From Tubiluchus corallicola (taxonomy: Eukaryota; Animalia; Priapulida), in the NCBI GenBank assembly GCA_030141605.1, contig JAQGDQ010000803.1, positions 1-64,000 on the forward strand: a stretch of 64,000 nt of DNA, in the 5' to 3' direction. Numbering within the stretch: the first letter of the stretch is position 1; every line of letters starts with the position of its first letter. Under the pieces are notes generated by a model. The model ran no database searches. It saw only the letters and a program-made list of their open reading frames with translations, and had not been told where the DNA came from. The translations under genes were made by a program, and so were the position numbers. Of this stretch, positions 24,728-57,100 are shown piece after piece.

Positions 24728-26791
24728 TCATTTTTTGCTTTTCTTTCGTGCAGGTCCGGCATTCCACAATGCATCCATCATATGCCGTTCGGAGTTTTGC
24801 ATCATCACGTCACGGTCATCAAACATCATATCCTGATGACCGTTCATATTTGACATGTGCGGTGCTAAATCAGAACCCCCGATAATGCACGGTAACGATC
24901 TGTCACTGTTCGTCTTAACTTTTCTAAAATTTTTGAAATTTTTTATTGAGGACACTGTGTCCAATGCAACATGGGTGCCTTTCTTAGGCGCATTTTGCGA
25001 CTTTCTCAAAAGAGGTACAATTTTAAACTGCACGAGACCGGCAGGTAAACTCGATAACATATCATTGGTTTCACCACCGGGTACAGAATTTTTTACCTTC
25101 GACTGAAGTAAATCTTTCGAACCAGAAGGTGCAGCTTGGAGGTCGTCAACTTCTTCCGAGACATTACTTGTATCACCATTTTCAGTAAATAAATACTTAT
25201 GCACATTTCTATTGTCGCCGAAAACTTCCGACTCCAAACCGTTACCGTCTGTTCCTTCTGGTTCTGTGTTTTTTAGCCTAGAACTAGTGACAGCAGCATC
25301 ACTGCAAACAGGTGATGCTTTCCCAACCGGAAACAAATGCGGGTCACCATCAGGTTTTTGAGATACGGTTTTCGTCCAGAAATGCGAGGGTTTCTTAAAG
25401 ACGTCATTTGCCGACGTATCTTGATGTTCTGTTTTTATTCGCTTTACTGGCATTGTGTCGACATTACCATTCATCACCTCCACGTCACTTTGTTCAGTAG
25501 CTACAGAAAGGCTTGTCTGTTCGGTTTTGACACAAGGTTCTTCCGTAGCAACGGAAACCCGATTTACCTCGTTAATGTCACAGGTGCGCTGAAATGAAGT
25601 CTCAACAAATGAATTGTTGTTCAAAGGCGTTTCTAATTTGTTTGTCGATAAAGAGGAAGTTGCCTCTACAGGACAAGTTTCTCTAATAACAGATACGTCA
25701 CCCACTACACTCTTGTTCTTATGCACATTTACTTGTGATAGCTGTGTATCCTGTACAAATTGTGATAAGGACTGCGAAGGCATGGGTCGTGTCACACTAT
25801 GCAACATTGCATGTGAATCATCCGGATTGCAGTAATGTTCAGTGGAGCAGTGAAGCACGGCCATTCCGATTTCCGAATCTTGTATTAATCTCTTACCACA
25901 TTTTCGCACGAGGGCAGTGACGTGTGAGATCCAGTGACGGGCATTTTCCGACATAAACTTTTGCGATTCTTCAGTGGGACTGCAGCACATAACGCAAGAA
26001 CCAGGCGCCGTGAGGATGCTGTCATCGTTGTCATCCGTTCCCTCTTCCAGTAATATTGGCTTCCCGCCGCCTAGGCTGATAGCGACTGATAATTTTTTAA
26101 AATGCTTAGGAGAGAGGAACACAAACGTTTTGCCTTCGAACAGTTTTGATCTTTTTGCATTTACGGAAAAGCTAAATTCGCCACTTTTTATAGATTTTTC
26201 AGTAACAGGAGGAACATAGTCTACCTCACGTGGTTTAGCACAATTCGACCGCACCGCCTCACATAAGTCTACTAAATACCGAGGAGTAACAATTGGATTG
26301 AGAGTACTGAGAGCACAAACCACCTTTATAGTCACAGTTATTTCCTGCATTATCAGGTGAGTGCATTCTTTCCGCCACTCTGCAACAAGATGGCCGCCAA
26401 GTTTCAACAACAATTGTTTGACATTTGCTTTTGCTGATGCATCCAGACAAGATGCGCAAGCAACAAAAGGCTGATAAGTCACCTTAAATACGCTCGCCAG
26501 AGTTCCAAACCTGATAAGATCGTTTGTTTTTAAGTAAGTTGCTGAAGAAATTTTCTCTTTGTTAACAAACGTACCGTACTTTGACAAATCTGTAACTTTT
26601 AACGTTGGCATTTTAAACGGGTATGACAAATTTGCTTCGGCATGTTCCGATATCAAATTAGCATGATTACGACTTACAGACGCATCATTTGCCAGTAAGA
26701 TATCACCAGACTTCCTACCGACAGTGTACTCCTTGCCAGTTAATATCTCTAGTACAATTTGGTCATCTGGCACACTTTTTACAATCCACAT
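24728..26791 (-). CDS. NBN: Nibrin (NBS1), MRN complex subunit; CDS without introns, 687 aa
   Basis: N-terminal FHA (EYTVGRK...DASVSRNHA...DLSKYGTFVN), BRCT (LGGHLVAEWRKECTHLIM...TIKVVCAL), BRCT2 (LFEGKTFVFL), SQ cluster PSQSLSQ, MRE11-binding KNFKNFRKV followed by IIGGSDL. Confidence 0.95.
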   Translation of the reverse strand: MWIVKSVPDDQIVLEILTGKEYTVGRKSGDILLANDASVSRNHANLISEHAEANLSYPFKMPTLKVTDLSKYGTFVNKEKISSATYLKTNDLIRFGTLASVFKVTYQPFVACASCLDASAKANVKQLLLKLGGHLVAEWRKECTHLIMQEITVTIKVVCALSTLNPIVTPRYLVDLCEAVRSNCAKPREVDYVPPVTEKSIKSGEFSFSVNAKRSKLFEGKTFVFLSPKHFKKLSVAISLGGGKPILLEEGTDDNDDSILTAPGSCVMCCSPTEESQKFMSENARHWISHVTALVRKCGKRLIQDSEIGMAVLHCSTEHYCNPDDSHAMLHSVTRPMPSQSLSQFVQDTQLSQVNVHKNKSVVGDVSVIRETCPVEATSSLSTNKLETPLNNNSFVETSFQRTCDINEVNRVSVATEEPCVKTEQTSLSVATEQSDVEVMNGNVDTMPVKRIKTEHQDTSANDVFKKPSHFWTKTVSQKPDGDPHLFPVGKASPVCSDAAVTSSRLKNTEPEGTDGNGLESEVFGDNRNVHKYLFTENGDTSNVSEEVDDLQAAPSGSKDLLQSKVKNSVPGGETNDMLSSLPAGLVQFKIVPLLRKSQNAPKKGTHVALDTVSSIKNFKNFRKVKTNSDRSLPCIIGGSDLAPHMSNMNGHQDMMFDDRDVMMQNSERHMMDALWNAGPARKKSKK

Positions 26792-28158
26792 TGTTGCAGT
26801 AAGTTTAACGTGCCCAGCATGACAGACATATGGGGTTAGTCACCAGTGCGGTTCAGTTACTGCCAGTTGAGAAAACTTAAAAAAATAACATACCATTATG
26901 ATTATTGAGCATAAGCTGGAAGACATATTTAAAAAAGTCTAACATTTTTAAACTAACAGATTACTACCCGTAATTAGGCCAAAAGAACAGGCCTATTTAA
27001 ACTTAAGAAATATGTAATATTAAAAAAGATTAGTAATTGAAAGCAAATTGGCTCCCAATGGCTCAAATTGATAATTAAGGTAACCTATATAATTATATTA
27101 ATTTCGGCGGTATATATTTATAACCGACGGGGCTACAGCTCCGACGACAGCACCATTCTCAGAGATGTGTACATCAAAACGAAAGGTCGGCATTATCAAT
27201 TATTTTATTAAACTTTAAATTTCAATAATTTTCTTTATTAAATTTTAATATTGGTTGTTATCAAATAAAAAGGAAGACTATGTACAATTAAAGCTCAACA
27301 TGCTTTAAAAGCTTTTAATTCAGCTGGTCCAAGTATTGCACTCAATGGTATATGGGCTAGTGCACCAAGTGCCAACCACAGATAGATAGATAAGCCTAGG
27401 TAAAGCTCAATTAAGTGAAAAAAATTATATCAAGCGACGATTACTATATCGACACCTTTTTCATAAACGTACTCCTGGATAAACAAAGCACTTGTCTATT
27501 CATTCTGTTTAATAGTGCACTTTTGCCTACATTAACGCCTTTTTAGTAGTTACTGCAAGATAATTAACTTCTTCACAAAGTTACAGTTAACTAGTTGACA
27601 TAATTCTTAATCAACACAAGCTGTTTCATTATGGAATACTCTACTGTAAAAATTAACGATACAAGTTTATCTAACTTTAAAATCAAATTAAAATAACACA
27701 AGTTTGAATACCCTACTACCAACATAACAATATTTATTTGCGAAGCAGTATGGTATAGTATAGGTTATATAGTAACTACCCATACACTTATATACGCCCA
27801 TAATTGTAAAAATCAATTTTTTACTTGATAACTCATTTAACAGTAATAACTCTCGCATAATTTTAATTGCATAATTGTGTAAAAATTTACCTGTTATAAA
27901 TGTACATACATATAATACAAATATAAAATGATTTGATTACTATCTGTATGGAATGCCTAATGGCACATTGTTTGCAGTGTTACCTTCGTACCTGGCTCAT
28001 TTGTCTTTTTTAGAGTATTTTATGCACTAATATGTATATTTTCAACATTTGTGGTGTTCAAATTATTATAACACAAATAAACATTTTTATATAAAACGAG
28101 ACACTCTTACTAATCTTCATGCTTTTAACAAACCTAGGCAACGAACGACTGTCTATCA

Positions 28159-28173
28159 TTTGGCGCGCGCAAA
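28159..28173. promoter_or_regulatory. Near-palindromic E2F-type site in a putative bidirectional promoter
   Basis: TTTGGCGCGCGCAAA between divergent genes; candidate first-exon donors on the minus strand (GTAAGA, about 28110) and plus strand (GTAAGT, 28400). Confidence 0.55.
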
Positions 28174-29199
28174 CTGATGTAACTTCTGCTTTTTGAGGAA
28201 AATAGCCGAAAATGATTGCGTTCAAAGGTGTCTGATATTGCTGAGCATCGCAAAGTGAAAAATGAAAATTTAGGCAGAAAATAATGTCAAAATTTAAAAT
28301 TCGCTCTCACAGTCGGTCTTTTATTTTAGCTGTTGATTTATAGAATAGAAAAGGCAATGATATGTATTAATGGATATTTTGCTTTATACTCAATTGATTG
28401 TAAGTGCCTGATTTTTAGTCGTGGTAGACACCTTAAAGAAGCAAATTAGCTTTTTGTCGTGGTAGCTCAGTTGCTATAATGCACGATCTATATCAGTGTT
28501 ATCATGATAAATCAGCTTATGATATGCTTAAGCTTAACATTTATCCTTTGACAGTAACGGTGTAATTCATAAATTGCTTACTATAACGGTGATCACGTTG
28601 TGATATTTGTCGTATAGCAAGACAGTTAATTATCTTCACATAAATAATGGGCAATGTATTGTGCTTTTTGTGGGTCGATATCTTCAAAAAACATACCTCA
28701 AAGGTATTAATATAGGAGACATTTTAATGTATAAATATTTGTCTAGTCCATTTTTGAAACCATCGATCGTTTGAAGTTCTGTGACTTCTTCCGATAGGGA
28801 ATTCCATAGATCAATTTCGGAATTAGAAAACCTGTGCTTGTATTGCTCGGTATTAGGTCTGTGCTTGTGAAGTTTGAGAGAGTGACCTGCAAGCTTCTCT
28901 AATTAATAGCACATAATAGCTATAGAGTAATGAAGCAAACTGCAAAGTAAAATTATCATATGTTGGAGTGGATAATAAAGTACCAAATTGTTCCAAAGAA
29001 ATCTGCACAGCATTTGTCCATAAGCTGTTTTTAATGTCAAAAAGGGGCAGTAAACCAAAAAAAGCATTAGCAGTGCAATTGTTTATTTAGTGTTGCAATG
29101 TTGTGTTTTTGAATTTCAATATCTGTATGAAAACTTTCAACAATCAGTTTTCATCTCTATGAACTGATAACTTTTTTAACTTTCTTTCATTCCATTTAT

Positions 29200-29750
29200 A
29201 TTCCATTCTTAAAACAATTTCCTCTGCTATTCGTTCCGTGCTTTAAGAACTTACTTACTGACGACCACCAACTTCATCTAAATGGAAATGTAATCGATGC
29301 CGATAGTAGCCGTAGTTGTAAGCTTGAACAACCTTGTACTGTCCCCCAACCCCATTCTTTTTCAAAAACTCCTCCAAGTGGCTCTACATTGGCAGAGTTC
29401 ACTGCTTTCTCCCTAAACTGGTTCCAAATATTAATAACCCTTTAACTGAAACTGTATGTTCTAAGACCAAGTCTATACTTTCTCTTCATTAAGTTTTGGA
29501 GTGACTTCTTCTTGTTCTAGTGTTATCACTAACGGTAGAAAAGTTCATTACATTTCAGACGCGTCGAGTTCATTCACAATTCCAAAAAACTTCAATCAGA
29601 TCCGCTCTCAGTTGATGGTACTCTGTGGTATATTAATCTTCATATGTTAATTATGCAAAACTAGGACACTCAATCAAGTTTATAGCTGTCTTTTGTACTC
29701 TAATATCTTTAGCATGTATGGTCTCCATGCCTGCATGCAGTAATTCAAGC
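29200..29750 (-). mobile_element. Degraded CR1-like ORF2 C-terminal fragment
   Basis: Frameshifted RTYSFS..RVINIWN-like motif on the minus strand. Confidence 0.5.
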
Positions 29751-29952
29751 GTAAAATCTGATTGGAATGAGGAACGAGCACCGTTTTCATTGCAAGAGTT
29801 TAAGCAAAATTTTTCTCTTGTTATGTTTGTGCAGTATACGTTTGTTTGTAAATAAACTGTTATTCTTTCTCAGTCTGTTTTAATGCCTTTAGAAGCTGAA
29901 TCAATAAAGTGCGCACGACTGATTAAAAACCGCAAAGCTGGAAAGATACAGA

Positions 29953-50083
<20,131 letters not shown>

Positions 50084-50192
50084 GTACGTGATTATTACTT
50101 ATTTGTTGTTTAAATTCTACAGTTTACTAGTGTTTGACACGATAATGCATTGTTTTTGACACGGTAAAATTTTTCACTATTTGTACTTAAAT

Positions 50193-50667
50193 CAAGGGTG
50201 TGCAAATTATCTGACTAGCCGGGCCACATTAAACTTTCCCGCAATTCCTACGGGCAGTTTGATCAAGGAGCCAAGTACAGAAAGGCCTAATAACGATTTT
50301 TTTGCATCCGACCTGCGTACATCATTACTACTACACTCAAGAAACTATCTTAGAAGTTATTAAAATTTATATTACAAACCATATATTTCTACTTTCAGGA
50401 CAGATAGTGGCAATTTCATTACAATGCATATTAGTAATGTGTATCACACAGTCTGTGTAGTACAGTGACATTAAGCTACAACCGTCTTGTAAGGGTTAAT
50501 GGCATCCGATCTAGTAGAAAAAACTACCCGCACTATCTTTGGGATCGTGGCACGGGCTTCAGCTGGATACACTCAATTAATCGCCCGGGTTGCACTTTCA
50601 TTAGGTTGACAAACCTCTTTGCGGGCCGCACAAATTCTCTCGGCGGGCCGCAATTTGCACACCTCTG
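50193..50667 (-). mobile_element. hAT MITE family A, copy 4
   Basis: Reverse orientation; TSD ACTTAAAT. Confidence 0.85.
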
Positions 50668-51190
50668 ACTTAAATTATACACCAAAGGGAGGCATTTTCA
50701 TCAGCAATTCTTTATCAGCAGCAAATTGATGTGGCCAAAATCTTAATGTAACAAGATGAAGTCGGAACCATAAAAAATTTGATACCGGTCTAACTAGGTC
50801 TGATGTAACTCTAGTTTTCTGTGTAATTTATTCAGTAGTTTTTATACAAAATTCCACAGGTGCGGCACGGGCAAGTTGTTTAGCTCCGAGTAGCTACCCG
50901 GCACTACGCTTCAGCTGTACCAGTAGGTTAGTTTACGGCGGGGTAACCTTTATAGCTTATATGCTGTGGAGTAGGACATTCCAAAACTGATTTGCAGTCA
51001 TCTTCGAACCGTTTTATTACTTCAGATTTTATTGGAACAGTTTAGACTTAGTGTGGAGCTCAGCAACTAATTGAATACTGTATAACTGAGTCTGTTTTAC
51101 AAATGCTATGTGTCTTTAGTGGAACGAATTCTAGTAAACAAAAACTAGTAAACAATAACATGATTTCAGCTCTTAATGGTATTTTTACAG

Positions 51191-54100
51191 TCATAAACAA
51201 CACTATCAGAGTAAATTGTTTCCCGAATGGGTGCCCACAAGGAAGAGTTTTGCACCGGTGCCATCAAATCAGATGGAGTCTTATCTTCCAGAAGAAAGTG
51301 AATCGCCATGGATACAGTTCAGATCAGGAGAGGAGGATGCTCCTCAGAGGCCGTTTCGCATGCCCGTATTTCAGGTGTGTTCAGTGGCAACTCGTAGCTA
51401 CATTTAGTGGTGTTGTGCTTCAGAAAATTTGTAGCTATGGTTTTAATACCGTATAAAATGAAACAAACACATGTAATTTTAATGTTGTAATTTGTAATTG
51501 TAATTTTAAACAAACAAACGTACGAAAGTTTATACATAAACTGATAAAATGCTAAACAAAAAACATTTTTTCGCTTACTAATAGCCTAAATTGTCACAGT
51601 TCAAGCTTGATCGTTCATTCACGTGACAACTGACAACAAACTGTGTGAGCGACATTACTTTTTCTATCTGGGCACCGAGTTGCAGTGAGCGTAGTGTACT
51701 GGGCTATGAAGCAAACAGCACTGCTGTCACATGCTCTGGACCGTACAAGTATAACGAAAGAAAAAAGACTTATCATATTGAATATTATCGATAATATCAA
51801 GTGAAAATAGGCGATGCTGCAGTTCCACAGTACCTAGACACGAGCACCACTCGGGGTGTTCAGATTTAACAGCAATTTTGTAGCACCTCAAGTACCTGTT
51901 AGTGAATACTAACACTAAGTACTAATAGTGAATTGTGCAGAGAAGTTGTAGCAGTATAATGTTGGTTACGTGATGGTAAATTCTCAGTTGTTTCTAAATT
52001 TTATAATTCTCCTTTCTTCCTACTTTTCATTTCACATTGTACTTCTCTATAAAGATTCATTCTTTATATCGACTGTCTGTGAGTGAACTTAGCTAAAGGA
52101 GCAGGGGTGGAACTAGGACAAATAATTTTTTTTGCAGTGAAAATTGCAGTTCGCATGTAATCATTTTCAATATGAATTAGAATTAGGTAAAAAAATGTTT
52201 GGTAGCTTCAGTGTATTATTTTCTTAAAACTTGTGTGTGATAAATTTCTGTAAATAATTTAGTTAGAGGCACATTAATAACATTTGGTTAACTAAGAGTT
52301 AATTTTCTCATTATTGCTCTGTCCGCTACGCCTTCCTACACACATGCTAATTATAGGCCTGCATGCAGTATAAAAGGGGTTAAAATTGGCTTAACTATTA
52401 TTTAACCACTTCGGATACCCCCCAGAAAATTTTTGCGCCCCCCCTGCTTGCCACATCTAGTTCCGGCCCTGTAAAGGAGGATGTGGTAACGTCCCCATCA
52501 CTTCCCCATTTTCAGGCATTCTCTGCCGCACTCCGAAGATAGATACTGGTACTCCACTGCCGATACCGGTGCAGGGGGCAGCACCCCTGCCACGAGTTGC
52601 TCCGGCACCTACTGTCTTCGCATTCATTTTTAACAGTCATCTTTTTCTCAGATGCCTTATTTTCATATGTCCTTTACCTTGCTAAAACTGTCATTGTTAG
52701 TATTTGTTTTGTAGCATGCGCACCAGGGGAATAGCCAGGTTCTAAAGTTGGGGGGGAGCAAGAGCTTAAAGAAGTGCTATGACATAGGTGATACATGCCA
52801 AATAATTTTAACGCATTGATTATACAAGTTACTTTTGTGTTTAAGGAAGTACATAATTGTTATTTTGTATAATAAAAACTTGCAAAACAGACTCTGAAAC
52901 TTGCCTTTGCAATAAATAATTGACTGTAGGCCTACTCATACACAATCGTGCTACACAATGGTGCATACACAATGGTGCTACACAATGGTGCAACAACAAT
53001 GGTGCTACACAATGGTGCAACAACAATGGTGCATACACAATGGTGCAACAACAATATATTATAATAACTAGATTTTGGAGCAATCTGATCCTTAGTTCAA
53101 TCATTCAACGTTGACAAATGAGTTTCGTAAATGCGCGCTCCTCTTTTCTTTCTGTTTCTAGGCGGAGGTAGATGTTGTTTCTGGAAGTGTTATGATGTAC
53201 GCTGGTGGTCCCATTTGGGGCGCTGCCTGGTGTCCGATTCCGTACGACGTCTCTCGTTGCCAGTACATTGCCGTGTCTTGTCATCGAAGCTACGACGAAA
53301 AGCACAGCCTGATGCAGGCCTCCGATGGCAAGGGTCTGATACAGATATGGGGCACCGGTCAGATCGAAAAGGATCTGTAAGTTGTTTACTTTTTTTATTT
53401 GGCAAATAAAATTTGGTCGTTTTGTCACAGCAGAGAAAATAGACTACGGCCAAATTACGTTGAAAACACCGGTTCTCGTCTGATCACCGAAGTTAAGCAA
53501 CGTTGAGCCTGGTTAGTACTTGGATGGGTGACCGCCTAGGAATACCAGGTGCTGTAGGCTTGCGGGATGCCCACACTGTATCTTGACACTAGGCGGAGGA
53601 GCTGCACAAGCAGCCAATGGCTAGAGGGCGGAGGAGGTCAAGTGACTCAACGGCCATGTGTAGAGGAGTAAACCTTCCAAATTAGGAGTGGAGTCCCGAA
53701 GGCGGACCAGTGCAGCATGGTCACTGACTCCGGCAGCTCCTGCAGCCAACCTGATGCCAAACGTATCGCTCTGTTTTCCTTTGGACCACACCAGGGAGGA
53801 AGAGAAGGGGGTTCCTGCTGTCTGGGCAACTCAGGATCTCCATACACCTTGCCCAGGCGTGCGCCCTGGCGATGTTCAAGGATTGCACTGCTCAGCCTCA
53901 GTTGATGCTGCAGCTCCATCAATGTGATCAATAACTGACTCTCTTGGCGCACATTCCATTGTCTTCCGAGACAGAAGGATGCCACCAGAGAAAATAGATG
54001 CAATTGAACTTTTTCATACTTGTCAACTGCATTATTGTCATTTGCTTTTATGTTCAGTGATGCACCTTCTAAAGCGGTGGTTCCCAACCTGAGGCACGAG

Positions 54101-57100
54101 TACCCGTTGGCGGTACGGAACAGCTAACCCAGGGGTACACGAAAATTGCGTCATGTAAAACGTCAGGAATTTTTGTTGTACTGAGTACAGAACATGACTT
54201 ATACGGGAGGAAAGAGTGTGCTACAAGATTTAAATCCTTAAACTTCATGATTGTTTGCATTTTAAAAGGTCGTTGTTTTTGCAACAGAGTAGCGTTTTTT
54301 GTGTAATTCACTGTGCACTGCCTGGACTTATAACTGGGTTCATTTATTATGCAAAATAGACGGTTGGCACAGCAAATACGTTGGCAGATGGCAGTAGGCG
54401 AATTGGCGGTTTTCGGAAAAGCCCGCGTCAACGAGGTGGCCAAGAGGCTGCTTCACAGTTTGACAGCAAGTTCGTCTTCTGGTTTGACATCCGATCGTCT
54501 TTTCTGTTGCATTTTGTTTTTGAATTTGGAAATGTGTAAACTGAAAATAAGGGCTTTTAAGAAGGACTATAAGTAGAGAGAATACTGCAAATGAATGAAC
54601 TTGTAAATTGAAAATTAGGGCTTTTTTCGTATTTTTTAAATTAAATTAAAGCCTATTAAAACTGCACAATGGTAGAAAAAATGTTTTTACTTGTGCACAC
54701 TTTTACAAGTGTTTTCTTGAAACTAGTATTGCTAAAAATGTTAATGGGTATCCGGTATCACTGAATTTGAAGAATATGTAAAGGTTGCTTGACTAGTAAC
54801 AGGTTAGCAACCATTGTTCTAAAACCTATAGTACATAAAGACGTCCAGCGTCTGGCTTCTAGCATCTGGCTAGTTATTGACCGACAAAGCCACTGACCTC
54901 TAATCTTTATGTTCTTCATGGACGATATTAAATCCATTTTTCTATGTTTTTTACGTTACTTTTTCGTATAGCAGTTTGCAGGCCCAGTCATAAATGACCG
55001 ATTGGCGACTGGACACCGGACACTAAAAAACAGGAAAAGCTTCCAGCATCCACTGTCCAATCTCTCATTCATCACCAGGGCCGGATTATGACATTTGGAT
55101 CCCCAAGGCTAATGTTATTCTAACTCGCACACTCCATCCTGGATATATTTTACATGTGATTTTATTCTATTTACAGTAACCTTTGCAAATTATTTAAATA
55201 ACCTAGAATAGCTATCATTTGTTTGTCGATAAAAATAGCCTTTAACGAATACCACTATTAATGAAATTATCGAGTATTTCAACACAACCATAGTGAAAAA
55301 ACAGTTGTTTACCAAATGTTACCAAAGCTTGCTGTCCTCTGGCTACAGCATATGCTAACTATAGGATAACCCAGCCCTGTTCATCACTCATTAACATTAT
55401 ATACCAAATATTTTACCTTAATCAAGTTATTTTAATTTTACATACTATTAACAAATAATAGTCTTTCTATCTTTTATATCATCCCATATATGAGCTTCAT
55501 TCATTACATCATTCCATTTTAAGCACTAAATGTTTTTTTATCACGATTCACTTTAAATTTTCAGATTATCTCCATTACTTTTTTTCTATCACTGTGTGGG
55601 ACAATCTAACAACAAGCCCTGCTTTTTGATTGCCCGCAACACATTTACCTTCGTATATAAGTGAACAGTGTTTGAGGCTTTTCCTGTGCATTATTTCTTA
55701 TTTGTATTATGTTCATTGTAGGCCCTTTCACTAGATATTGTACATGAAACTAATGTAAATGTGTAATGTGAAATAAATGACTTATGACTAAATGACTTAT
55801 ATACATTTTTGCTCACTTCCAGATGCTGTACGTGGACGCCGGCCGGTAAACGCTTTGGTGTGTCATAGACTTAATGTAAATTTGTTTTTTTGTGCAATGA
55901 AATAGTGAATAAGTTTCATTTGTATGAATGTCGTAGGTCGAGACACGAAGTAGCATTAGAACTAGTAATAGCACATGATTGGGGTGGCATTGTACATCTA
56001 CAGTGGTGTCCCAGTGGATGCTACGATGAATATACGAACGGGACCACGGAATCGTATCCACGTTTGGGATTGTTAGCAGCCGCTTGTACAGATGGTAAAA
56101 TCAGAATCATTAGGTATGTTTTCATAACATCAAATATAATACTGTAGGTGCAAGCTAAAATCTTTAACTGCACTTTTAATTTAATAAGCGTTTTCACAGT
56201 TCAGCGATTGATGATGATCGTGAAAAGGTCAAAGGTTAAGTGAATCAGACATTTGTGTACACTTAAAAATGCCTCACAGCCCATGCTATTGTAATAGTAA
56301 CAGTTTTAACAGCCAGGCTAACCTTACGTAGTTCATTTTTTCTTGTTCCCAAGCAAAATCCTGCTAGTAAATCACTCTACGCACAGACTGATGCATAATT
56401 AAGTAAAGTCCATGTTCAGACAACATTGTTCAAATATGTTAAAACAACTGAAGTTACTGAACAAATGTTTTGTGTCACCCACATGCCACGTGATGATTGT
56501 AGTTAAGACGCGCTGCTGTGGTACACTTAACCTTTGACCTACAGCAACTGCGCGTGCGCACAATGAAATTATAGAAAGGGATATTATTATTTTGAAATTA
56601 TATTCTTATCATTACTTGTTTTAATTTATTGTTTATTCGTTATTAATTTCTAATGAAGCTAAATGGAAGCATCAATTAGTTGATTATTTCAAGCCTGTTT
56701 TGCAATGATTCTAATACGTATGCAACTATGGTATAGCAGAGTTTCATTTGACAGCGTGACTATTACTGATGGGCGATTTTGAAATTTTCTAATCCAATTA
56801 CAATCTTATCCTTGTAATTCGATATCGTGATTAATCTTTTGCGGTTTTTTAGTCATATTTTTCAAACGCTGAAATATAGACTATAAACTTCTTCATGGCT
56901 TTCGTCGCTGTCGGCCATTTTCGTACCTGCAAACTATTTTTATAAACGCGCACATTCATTAACTAACTCTACTACTACGTCAACTACGTACGTCACGTGA
57001 AAGAGGATTTGAAGCTCCAATTTGCCACACCGTAATTTGCAATTTGTGCATTGTGCAAAGTGAAAGAAAAACAAAGAAAAAAATGAAGAATTCTGTTTAT

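Noticed and set aside
53442-53561. Functional stand-alone 5S rRNA gene
   Set aside because: No oligo-T terminator, and it sits inside a TSD-flanked 542-bp insertion; better explained as a SINE head.
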